Origin: an uncultured Lachnospiraceae bacterium
GTDB lineage: Bacteria > Bacillota > Clostridia > Lachnospirales > Lachnospiraceae
Direction: 5' to 3'
Assembly: GCA_964572475.1 (NCBI GenBank)
Contig: CAZNEZ010000006.1
Coordinates: 6,389 to 70,388, forward strand
DNA: 64,000 nt
The notes under the pieces were generated by a model. It saw nothing but the letters and a program-made list of their open reading frames with translations. It searched no databases and was not told the DNA's origin. This document shows positions 31,570-39,256 of the stretch, piece by piece; the first letter of the stretch is position 1, and each line of letters begins with the position of its first letter. A program made the translations under genes and the position numbers.

Positions 31570-34134
31570 ATGAAAAGAACAAAGCGCAAACTGGGAGCAC
31601 TTATTCTTACGGTATGTATGCTGGCAAGTTATCTTGTAGGTTCAATTGACACAGCACAGGCCGCAGCAAGTTCATCAACAACAAGTACAACAACTAGGGT
31701 TTCTGTACATGATCCATCAATTTATTATGATTCATCAACTGGGAAGTATTTCATATACGGTTCACATATGGGTCAGGCAACAAGTACAGATCTCAGAAAC
31801 TGGTCAGTATTAGGTACACAGGGTTACACTAACACAAGCATTTACAAGGCATCAAGTTTTGAAGGATATTATTATATAAAGAATGCATACAGCAATCTTT
31901 ATCTTGATGTAGCCGATGGCTCGTCAGCGGACGGAACAAATATTCAACAGTGGTCATACAACGGTAGTTCAGCACAGATGTTTAAGATTGTATCATATGG
32001 TAGTGGATACTATTATATTCTTACAGGAGCATCAAATTATGCAAGTTGTATTGATATTACAGATGGCTCAGCAAGTGACGGTGCTAATGTTATTCAGTGG
32101 ACTTATTGGGGTGGAACACCACAGCTATACAAGATTCAGCAAAATGATGATGGTACGGTAGCAATTTTAACAAAAGCATCATCATGTGCATCTGGACTTG
32201 ACGTATATGGCTGGAGTACAGCAAATGGAGGAAACATCAACCAATGGAATTATTGGGGCGGCGAGTGCCAGAAATGGAAACTTGTTAAAGCTGGTGGAAC
32301 AGGAAGCAGCAGTAACAAAGCTACAGGAGATTCATTATATTCAGCACTTAAAGGCTCATTTGCATGGGCTGGTTACAACGATCAGGATTCATCAGGTGGA
32401 ACATCAGTATGGGCTCCAGATATTATTTACAACTCTTCATATGTATGGGCAGATGGAAGTAAAGGTGCTTATATGATGTATTACTGCACATCATCAACAT
32501 ATATTCGTTCATGTATAGGATATGCAGTATCTAAGTCAGCATCGGGACCTTTTGAATATGTAGATACTATTATGTATTCAGGATTCAAAAGTTCAAGTAG
32601 TACTGTTACAACGACCTCTAGCCTTGGAACTAAGACAGTAGATATTAGTTATGAGAATACAAATATTCCAGAATTGATAGATAAAGGGACATTGAGCGGT
32701 ACAAGGAGCGGATGGTGGAGTAGTGGAAACTATAACAATACATTATTCCCAAATGCTATTGATCCAACTGTATCATATGATGCTAGTGGAAATATGTGGA
32801 TGGTTTATGGTTCATGGTCTGGCGGAATTTATATTCTTCAGATTGATAAAGCAACTGGTACACCTAAATATCCTGGAACAAGTAGCGGTAATACAGATGC
32901 GTACTTTGGAACAAAGATAGCTGGTGGATATACAAAATCAGGTGAGGCACCATATATTCAGTACGATTCAACATCTGGTTATTATTATCTATATGTAACA
33001 TATGGAGGTCTTACGGCTTCAGGTGGTTATCAGATTAGGCTTTATCGCTCAAAAACAATTAACGGAACATATACCGATGCAGCTGGTAATTCAGCAATTT
33101 ATACATCTTCATCTGTAAACCAAGCATCAAGAGGTATAAAGCTTTTTGGAAATTATGATTTTTCTTCTCTTAGTACAGGATATAAATCAGGTGGACATAA
33201 TTCGGCATTTATCGATACGGATGGACAGAGATACCTTGTATATCATACAAGATTTGAAAATAGTTCTGAATACCATGAAGTCAGAGTACATCAGCAGTTC
33301 CTTAATCAAGATAACTGGCCTGTAACAGCAGTTTACGAATATCTTGGAAGCGGTATAAGTTCTACAGGATATTCATCAAGTGATATGTGTGGAACATATG
33401 ATTTTGTTAATCATGGTACAGATGCATCAACAGCAAATGTTGGAATGCTTACAACTCAGACGGTTAAGCTTAATTCAAATGGAACTATTACAGGTGATGT
33501 AACAGGAACATGGACTTATACATCAGGAACTTACTATTGTACTATGGTAATTAATAGTGTTACATATAAAGGTGTGTTCTTTAAACAAAAAGATGAATCA
33601 AGTTCACATAATAATGTCATGACATTTTCGTTGATTGGAAGCAATAATGAAAGCATCTGGGGTTCTAAGACAAGCTCAACTTCAAGTTCAACAACATTGG
33701 CTGGAACATATTATATTAAGAATGTGTTTAGTGGTTTGTATTTAGATGTTGCAGATGGTTCATCAGCTAATAGTACTAATATTCAGCAATGGTCATATAA
33801 TGGAAGTGACGCTCAGAAATTCCAACTAGTATCAGATGGCAGTGGATATTATTATATTAAAACTGGAGCATCCAGTTATGCAAGCTGCATCGACGTTAAT
33901 GGAAAAAAGACGGCAGATGGAACTAATATTATTCAATACAAATATTCTGGAGCTAACAATCAGAAGTTTGAGGTAGTGGAAGTTTCTTCTGGCCAGTATG
34001 CTATCAAGACGAGAGTAACAAGCAGTGCATCTTGCCTTGATGTATACAACTGGAGTACAGCAAATGGAGGAAACATTAACCAGTGGAATTACTGGGGTGG
34101 TACCTGCCAGTTGTGGTATCTAGAAGCAGCATAG
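31570..34134 (+). CDS. secreted GH43 family glycoside hydrolase (arabinanase/arabinofuranosidase-type) with two ricin-type (CBM13) lectin modules
   Basis: Signal peptide. GH43 blades: VHDPSIYYD, VWAPDIIYN, GEAPYIQYD, GGHNSAFID...YLVYHTR. Beta-trefoil modules carry Q-x-W repeats (NIQQWSY, VIQWTYW, INQWNYW). Confidence 0.8.
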   Translation: MKRTKRKLGALILTVCMLASYLVGSIDTAQAAASSSTTSTTTRVSVHDPSIYYDSSTGKYFIYGSHMGQATSTDLRNWSVLGTQGYTNTSIYKASSFEGYYYIKNAYSNLYLDVADGSSADGTNIQQWSYNGSSAQMFKIVSYGSGYYYILTGASNYASCIDITDGSASDGANVIQWTYWGGTPQLYKIQQNDDGTVAILTKASSCASGLDVYGWSTANGGNINQWNYWGGECQKWKLVKAGGTGSSSNKATGDSLYSALKGSFAWAGYNDQDSSGGTSVWAPDIIYNSSYVWADGSKGAYMMYYCTSSTYIRSCIGYAVSKSASGPFEYVDTIMYSGFKSSSSTVTTTSSLGTKTVDISYENTNIPELIDKGTLSGTRSGWWSSGNYNNTLFPNAIDPTVSYDASGNMWMVYGSWSGGIYILQIDKATGTPKYPGTSSGNTDAYFGTKIAGGYTKSGEAPYIQYDSTSGYYYLYVTYGGLTASGGYQIRLYRSKTINGTYTDAAGNSAIYTSSSVNQASRGIKLFGNYDFSSLSTGYKSGGHNSAFIDTDGQRYLVYHTRFENSSEYHEVRVHQQFLNQDNWPVTAVYEYLGSGISSTGYSSSDMCGTYDFVNHGTDASTANVGMLTTQTVKLNSNGTITGDVTGTWTYTSGTYYCTMVINSVTYKGVFFKQKDESSSHNNVMTFSLIGSNNESIWGSKTSSTSSSTTLAGTYYIKNVFSGLYLDVADGSSANSTNIQQWSYNGSDAQKFQLVSDGSGYYYIKTGASSYASCIDVNGKKTADGTNIIQYKYSGANNQKFEVVEVSSGQYAIKTRVTSSASCLDVYNWSTANGGNINQWNYWGGTCQLWYLEAA
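31864..32286 (+). repeat. CBM13 module copy 1 (inserted inside the GH43 propeller)
   Basis: aa 99-239. DNA and protein are clearly similar to 33703-34131 (e.g. TGGAGTACAGCAAATGGAGGAAACAT[C/T]AACCA[A/G]TGGAATTA in both). Confidence 0.8.
33703..34131 (+). repeat. CBM13 module copy 2 (C-terminal)
   Basis: GTYYIKNVFSGLYLDVADGSSANSTNIQQWSYNGSDAQKF... is paralogous to copy 1. Confidence 0.8.
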
Positions 34135-34168
34135 TTAGAGTGTAACAAATAGACAATATTTTATTATG

Positions 34169-34249
34169 AGGTGCTTGCATTTGAACGAATCTCCAAAGTT
34201 AGATTTTTGGTCTAACTTTTGTGGGAAGTTCAATTTGTAAGCACCTTTT
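34169..34249 (+). terminator. compound hairpin terminator after the GH43 gene
   Basis: Outer arms AGGTGCTTGCATTTGAAC / GTTCAATTTGTAAGCACCT (imperfect) enclose a perfect inner stem CAAAGTTAGA / TCTAACTTTG, followed by TTTT. Confidence 0.55.
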
Positions 34250-34349
34250 AAAATAATAAATAATAGAATATTTATGTATATATATTATGAAAATAGTGCA
34301 AAAGGGCCACGTAACTTATAAAAATTAGACAAAATATGTCAAAAAAGTA

Positions 34350-34378
34350 TTGACAATATTATGTAATAAGACTATACT
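34350..34378 (+). promoter_or_regulatory. near-consensus sigma-A promoter with no ORF directly downstream
   Basis: TTGACA (34350-34355), 17 nt spacer, TATACT (34373-34378). The next annotated ORF starts 390 nt downstream. Confidence 0.55.
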
Positions 34379-34415
34379 TAGCCATAGAAAGACAGCAACG
34401 AGAAACATTAATGGA

Positions 34416-34443
34416 ATTAACTATTAACTATTAACTATTAACT
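34416..34443 (+). repeat. 4 perfect tandem copies of the heptamer ATTAACT
   Basis: ATTAACT x4 read directly, about 40-70 nt downstream of the -10 element. Confidence 0.95.
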
Positions 34444-34528
34444 GTGATTACCTTTCATTTGGGCATTAGTATATAATTAAAGAGGAACGAAGAGTAAGGG
34501 TAACTCTTTTTATATATTATATAATCAG

Positions 34529-34559
34529 GCTGTAGGAAGATTCTTATAGCTATTTTTTT
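34529..34559 (+). terminator. candidate intrinsic terminator/attenuator in the long leader
   Basis: GCTGTAGG pairs with CTTATAGC (two G-U pairs), then TATTTTTTT. A weaker hairpin AAGAGT/ACTCTT followed by TTT lies at 34490-34511. Confidence 0.45.
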
Positions 34560-34646
34560 GCCATATATAAGTAGTTAATGATGTTTTTGGAGTGTCGAAT
34601 ATAGAAAGAAGGAATAGTATGAAGATACCTATACAATTATGGTACT

Positions 34647-34698
34647 AGCCTGCAAGTAAGTACCTTGGTAAATTAACCAAACACTAAAAATGTGATCC
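34647..34698 (+). repeat. left copy of the ~50-bp direct repeat flanking the secreted-protein/ABC cassette
   Basis: AGCCTGCAAGTAAGTACCTTGGTAAA (26/26 identical to 38243-38268), then ..CAAACACTAAAAATGTGAT. Confidence 0.9.
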
Positions 34699-34770
34699 CC
34701 CATATTACTTTAAGTTAAATATAATATGGAAGCTACAAAGATAATATGAAGAGGGAAGAAAGAGGTTTAT

Positions 34771-35157
34771 ATGTTAGAAAAGAAGAGGAATTCAAAGATT
34801 AAAGCAACAATTGCTGTTTTTATGGCATGCATTATGCTGTTTGGAATGTCTGCATTTGCAACTGTAATTAGGGACAGTAATAAAGGATTGATATATGTAT
34901 GGACAGGTACATATAGAGATGGGGTATTATTTGGCAGTACTGAATCAAATTGTAATACTAGTATGTTGGATAGTTATAGTTTAGTAGAGCTTACCGATCA
35001 TAATGGTACAAAATACACAGTTAGAAAAAGATCACATTCTGTTTCTCGCTCTATATATGTAGGAACAGGTCAACCGAATCTAAAAGTATATCATTCAGTT
35101 GGCTCTCAGTATACAGGAAGTTCATATGTAGGAGCAGGTGGATATACTATATACTAA
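34771..35157 (+). CDS. small Sec-secreted protein (128-aa precursor), candidate bacteriocin-like or secreted effector
   Basis: Signal peptide KKRNSKIKATIAVFMACIMLFGMSAFA|TV. The mature ~97 aa is G/S/T/Y-rich. SD AGAGG. No family motif recognised. Confidence 0.6.
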   Translation: MLEKKRNSKIKATIAVFMACIMLFGMSAFATVIRDSNKGLIYVWTGTYRDGVLFGSTESNCNTSMLDSYSLVELTDHNGTKYTVRKRSHSVSRSIYVGTGQPNLKVYHSVGSQYTGSSYVGAGGYTIY

Positions 35158-35177
35158 GGTATAAGTTATTATTTAGG

Positions 35178-35201
35178 AAATGCGTGCATTTGCACGCATT
35201 T
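35178..35201 (+). promoter_or_regulatory. intercistronic hairpin (partial terminator/processing site)
   Basis: AAATGCGTGCA-TT-TGCACGCATTT: a perfect 11-bp palindrome followed by CTATT, between the small gene and the first permease. Confidence 0.6.
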
Positions 35202-35218
35202 CTATTAAAGGAGGGAAT

Positions 35219-36268
35219 ATGCTTAAATTTATAATAAAGTTCATAAGAAGTATGCAAAAGGAACAAAAGGCACTGCTACTTTTTGTTATAATAAGTATGA
35301 TAGTCTGTAATGTATTGGTTATAAATATTACGAATCAGTATTATTATAACAAATCGGCTGTATCAAGTATAGAATTGCTGGACAGAAAAGTAACAGTATA
35401 TTATTCGGACATTACGGATATAGACAAAATTATTAATGAGTTAAATGAAAACGATAAAATATTAAAAATTACTCTATGGGCAATGGTTAACTCAAAAACT
35501 GTTATATCAGAAATAAAAGGCTACGACTATGAATCACAGCCGCTTTTATTTGGAAAACATTTTGAGGGGAAAGATGGTACTATTCAACTGCATGAATATG
35601 AAACAAACGGAAAAATTGACCTTTTCAATGAAGAGGTTCAAGTAAAATTGGGAAGTATTCAATTTAAAACCACAGGTGATGTTATGCTGCAAACAACGGA
35701 TTATACAATAAGTAATAATGATTTTATAGAGTTGGGAAAAGAAAAGGTATTTGACGGTGATTTTTCGATAAATTACCAGTATGACAGCTCGTGTGATAAA
35801 CAGGATACAGATAAGATAAACAGTAACTTAGACAGTATAAAGCAGTCGTCAGATATCTTTTATACCATGAATGATTATGATATTGATATGTCAAAGTTCA
35901 TAGAAAGCTCTCAGACAATTATTTTGGGATTGGTTATGGCGATAATAAACTACATGTTTGTATATTTATTTTTAATTAAAAACAGAATGAAAAACTATAA
36001 TATTCTTAAGCTATTAGGATTTGGTAACTTAAAGATTTTATTAACCATGCTGTCAGAGATGTTTATATTATTTGTAATATCATTTGGTATAAGCACAGTG
36101 GGCTATATAGTGTATTTAAAACTGACTACAGGATATAATGCATATATTATGTCAGTATCCAAATATTCATTTGTATTAATGCTAATACTTAATATAGTGA
36201 TATATATAATAACAGTAAGAAAGATGATAAAGCAGTCTCCATTTGAATTTTATAAGCAGGTAGACTAA
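35219..36268 (+). CDS. FtsX/MacB-type ABC permease subunit 1
   Basis: One TM helix, a ~220-aa external domain, then three C-terminal TM helices. ATG 35219 with SD AAGGAGGG is preferred to the listed 35180, which reads through the hairpin. Confidence 0.7.
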   Translation: MLKFIIKFIRSMQKEQKALLLFVIISMIVCNVLVINITNQYYYNKSAVSSIELLDRKVTVYYSDITDIDKIINELNENDKILKITLWAMVNSKTVISEIKGYDYESQPLLFGKHFEGKDGTIQLHEYETNGKIDLFNEEVQVKLGSIQFKTTGDVMLQTTDYTISNNDFIELGKEKVFDGDFSINYQYDSSCDKQDTDKINSNLDSIKQSSDIFYTMNDYDIDMSKFIESSQTIILGLVMAIINYMFVYLFLIKNRMKNYNILKLLGFGNLKILLTMLSEMFILFVISFGISTVGYIVYLKLTTGYNAYIMSVSKYSFVLMLILNIVIYIITVRKMIKQSPFEFYKQVD

Positions 36269-36362
36269 ATATTATTGTAAAAGAAGCTTCATATGCATAT
36301 TTGAACAGGTAATTTATTAAAAAGAATAGAAACAAATATGAAGAATAGGAAATGAGGTAAAT

Positions 36363-37511
36363 ATGAAATTATTGCTCAATGATTATAAAAGAAATAAATG
36401 GTTACATATATTTGTATTGGTTCAATTTGCGGTGATTATATCTATGCTTAACCTTAGTGTATCAAAAATAGTGTACTATATTAAAGACTTAACATATATT
36501 ACAGATTATGAAGAGAGAACATACTTATATGAAGGTATAATGGATACTACATCAGGAGGAAAAGAAACCATTGACAGGGTTGAAAATCTTAAAGGTGTAC
36601 AAGATGTAGGCTACGAAATAACAGACACTGTTACCTGCGACAGTATAATGGCATCTGATTACACATATGAGCTATATATGGAATATTTAAGCCCATTTGC
36701 CACATCTATAGAGCATAAGGTGGATCAGGGAAGCTGGTTTGATGGTGGAGAAAAGGAGATAGTGCTGTGTGGTGAGGGATTTGATGGAGCTAATGTTGGC
36801 GATACAGTAAGTGTAACGAATTCATCTGGAACTCCTGTCAAATGTAAAATAATAGGAATAATAGATGAGCCAGGCAGGACACTTTCATATGATACGCTAG
36901 TATCTAATGATAATGACCTTTCTTGTTTTTTGTATAAGGAACAAGGTACAATTTTTACTAATGATATCTCCTTGCTTAAGGGTATTGAACCAGAACAGTA
37001 TCAATATAGTTTTTATAATCTGTTAGTTAGATTAACTCCCGACTGTGATACTGAGCAGCTTGAGAGATGTGGACATTTGGTTTCTATAGATAAGCTTGTA
37101 AAAGGAATGGAGAATACAGCAACAGATTATATAGCCAATCAGGCTGCAACTAATGGATTGTGGATATTTGTACTGATTATAGGTTCTGTAGCAATAACAT
37201 ATTTGATGACATATAAAACAATGTCATCATCAGCAGTGTATTATCTGCTGGGAATGAGCCGCAGAAGAATAGTAGGCAACATGGTTTTGTCTAACTGTTT
37301 TACATATATATTAAGTGGAATAGTAACATATTTTGCGTATCCTATAGTCAGAGAAGATCTGATGTTTACAGGTAAGTGGGATATCGCAAATTATATAGCT
37401 ACAGCCATACTTGTAGGTATAACAATAGTAATTACAATTATAACAAGCTGCTTAGTGTACACAAAGACACCAACTGAGATGCTAAAGGTTGCACAGACAA
37501 AAGGAAATTAG
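36363..37511 (+). CDS. FtsX/MacB-type ABC permease subunit 2
   Basis: Same 1+3 TM topology with a large external domain; a distant paralogue of the previous ORF. SD GAGG. Confidence 0.7.
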   Translation: MKLLLNDYKRNKWLHIFVLVQFAVIISMLNLSVSKIVYYIKDLTYITDYEERTYLYEGIMDTTSGGKETIDRVENLKGVQDVGYEITDTVTCDSIMASDYTYELYMEYLSPFATSIEHKVDQGSWFDGGEKEIVLCGEGFDGANVGDTVSVTNSSGTPVKCKIIGIIDEPGRTLSYDTLVSNDNDLSCFLYKEQGTIFTNDISLLKGIEPEQYQYSFYNLLVRLTPDCDTEQLERCGHLVSIDKLVKGMENTATDYIANQAATNGLWIFVLIIGSVAITYLMTYKTMSSSAVYYLLGMSRRRIVGNMVLSNCFTYILSGIVTYFAYPIVREDLMFTGKWDIANYIATAILVGITIVITIITSCLVYTKTPTEMLKVAQTKGN

Positions 37512-37547
37512 TTTAGTACTGATATAATTCAGGGATTGGAGATAAGT

Positions 37548-38222
37548 ATGTCATTAATAGAATTAAAAGAAATAAGTAAGATATATTTAAAGGGTAAGAA
37601 TAACTCAACAAGAGCTCTTGATGGTGTTAATTTGTCCATAGATAAGGGCGAGTTTATAGCTGTTGTAGGTAAGTCTGGGTCTGGTAAATCTACACTGCTT
37701 CACATTTTAGGATTAGCTGATACATATACTACAGGGAATTATATATTAGATGGAAAGTCTCTGGACAAAGTAGGCAGCGGCAAGTTAGCAAAGATTAGAA
37801 ATGATAAAATAGGATTTGTTCTTCAGGATTTTGCATTAATTAATCAGATGACAGTATTTGATAATATTGCAACACCATTATATATAAATGGAGTATCAGA
37901 AAAAAAGATTAAAGCGCAAGTCTTAGAAGTAGCATCGGAACTTGGAATAAACGATATATTGAATAAAAAGGCTAATCAGATATCTGGAGGACAGTGCCAA
38001 AGAGTGGCAATAGCACGAGCTATAATCAATAAACCAGAGATAATTCTTGCAGATGAGCCAACCGGAGCACTTGATAGTGGGACAGCATTTGAAGTAGTGG
38101 ATATATTAAAAAAGATAAATGCTAATGGAACAACCGTCATAGTAGTAACACACGATATGGATGTAGCAAACAGATGTAATAAGATAATAACCATCAAAGA
38201 TGGTAAGATAGAAGAATCATAA
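37548..38222 (+). CDS. ABC transporter ATP-binding protein (MacB/LolD/FtsE-like)
   Basis: Walker A GKSGSGKST, Q-loop VLQDF, signature ISGGQCQRVAIARA, Walker B ILADEPTGALD, H-loop VTHD. ATG 37548 with SD GGAGA. Confidence 0.9.
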   Translation: MSLIELKEISKIYLKGKNNSTRALDGVNLSIDKGEFIAVVGKSGSGKSTLLHILGLADTYTTGNYILDGKSLDKVGSGKLAKIRNDKIGFVLQDFALINQMTVFDNIATPLYINGVSEKKIKAQVLEVASELGINDILNKKANQISGGQCQRVAIARAIINKPEIILADEPTGALDSGTAFEVVDILKKINANGTTVIVVTHDMDVANRCNKIITIKDGKIEES

Positions 38223-38242
38223 AATTAGAATACCAAGGTACA

Positions 38243-38295
38243 AGCCTGCAAGTAAGTACCTTGGTAAAAGAATCAAACACTAAAAAATGTGATTC
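38243..38295 (+). repeat. right copy of the ~50-bp direct repeat flanking the cassette
   Basis: Same 26-mer followed by CAAACACTAAAAAATGTGAT. In this copy the 26-mer forms the right arm of a perfect 11-bp hairpin, TACCAAGGTAC (38231-38241) / GTACCTTGGTA. Confidence 0.9.
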
Positions 38296-38311
38296 ACCTA
38301 ATTATAACACA

Positions 38312-38357
38312 AAAGATGTATAAACCACAATAGTTTTGTAAATATACATCTTTTTTT
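38312..38357. terminator. bidirectional terminator between the ABC cassette (+) and the RDD gene (-)
   Basis: AAAGATGTATA / TATACATCTTT (11 bp) followed by T7. The left flank ACACAAAA supplies a T-run on the minus strand. Confidence 0.7.
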
Positions 38358-38417
38358 GATGGGAAATACTTCTATAGAATAAATATTCTTAGCATACATT
38401 TGATGGAAGTATGAAAA

Positions 38418-39044
38418 CTAGTCTTCTACTACCATTGTCTGTCCAATCATGTCATGTACGGCCAAGTGTTTTTTTGTGAATAAAATAGTAAATACAGATA
38501 TAATAACTGGTACAACAAGAGAGTTGAGAAGTATCTTGCAGACAATCTCTCGGAGTAGCATAAATTTAGTTCTATTCTGTGCATCTGTGTATATTACCTT
38601 GATATGCATTATTCTCTTACCTACGGTGGCCCCGTCATTCATCACAGTACACACAGTGGAATAAAACAAGTAGAAAGCTATTACGAATACAGATGCCATT
38701 CTTGCTGCTGTAGCTGTTGGAGCAACATTATAATCAGTATAAGTATCACCGTTATCATTCGTCATAGCGTTGAGTGAGGTATTAACTTGGCTAGGAAGAG
38801 TACTTAATGATACTACACCGAAGATTGGTGCAGGATATAGGGCAGGTGAATAATTGACAAATGTCTGGGTAAAAAACAAAAACATCACTAGTGCAGGTAA
38901 ATATGCAACTATGGCATCAATAACAAGGGCAAGTGCTCTTTTAACTACGGATGCCTTATAATATACGATTGGTTCACCGCTTAAAGGAGCATGGTCTGTA
39001 AATGTATTATTGTTCTGAATTTGAGCGTCAATATTAGTATTCAT
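38418..39044 (-). CDS. RDD family membrane protein
   Basis: VVKRALALVIDAIVAYLP...GKRIMHIKV...HDMIGQTMVV with three hydrophobic helices. ATG 39044 with SD GGAGA is preferred to the long listed extension. Confidence 0.7.
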   Translation of the reverse strand: MNTNIDAQIQNNNTFTDHAPLSGEPIVYYKASVVKRALALVIDAIVAYLPALVMFLFFTQTFVNYSPALYPAPIFGVVSLSTLPSQVNTSLNAMTNDNGDTYTDYNVAPTATAARMASVFVIAFYLFYSTVCTVMNDGATVGKRIMHIKVIYTDAQNRTKFMLLREIVCKILLNSLVVPVIISVFTILFTKKHLAVHDMIGQTMVVED

Positions 39045-39256
39045 TGTATCTCCAATCTGTTTATTCTTGTTTAAAAAAATTATACAAAATATTGTAACAT
39101 AATTAGGACAGTATAACAAATAAATATCAGCATTTTCATAAAGTTTTAACATATTTTTTAAAATTAAAAAGAAATTGAAAAAACAAGCGAAATAAGTAAA
39201 AAAACAACTTGTAGATATATGCATACAAGTTGTATAATAAGAGAGTGGAGGCAGCT

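Noticed and set aside
31316-31600. 94-aa minus-strand ORF in the DUF4097-GH43 intergenic region
   Set aside because: It spans the 20-bp hairpin and the GH43 promoter and SD, has an extreme I/F/Y/N composition and no SD. It is most likely an artefact of AT-rich sequence.
34771-35157. Direct assignment of the small secreted protein to the lactococcin 972 family
   Set aside because: Only the locus architecture matches. I could not recognise the Lcn972-type sequence pattern in the mature region, so the call stays as hypothetical secreted protein.
39205-39235. Palindrome ATACAA-G-TTGTAT upstream of araR as an AraR operator
   Set aside because: The half-site orientation is the reverse of the Firmicute AraR operator as I remember it (TTGTAC..GTACAA type). 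I saw no similar site upstream of araA, the GH43 gene or the GH127 gene. It also overlaps a likely -10 box, so it may be coincidental in AT-rich DNA.
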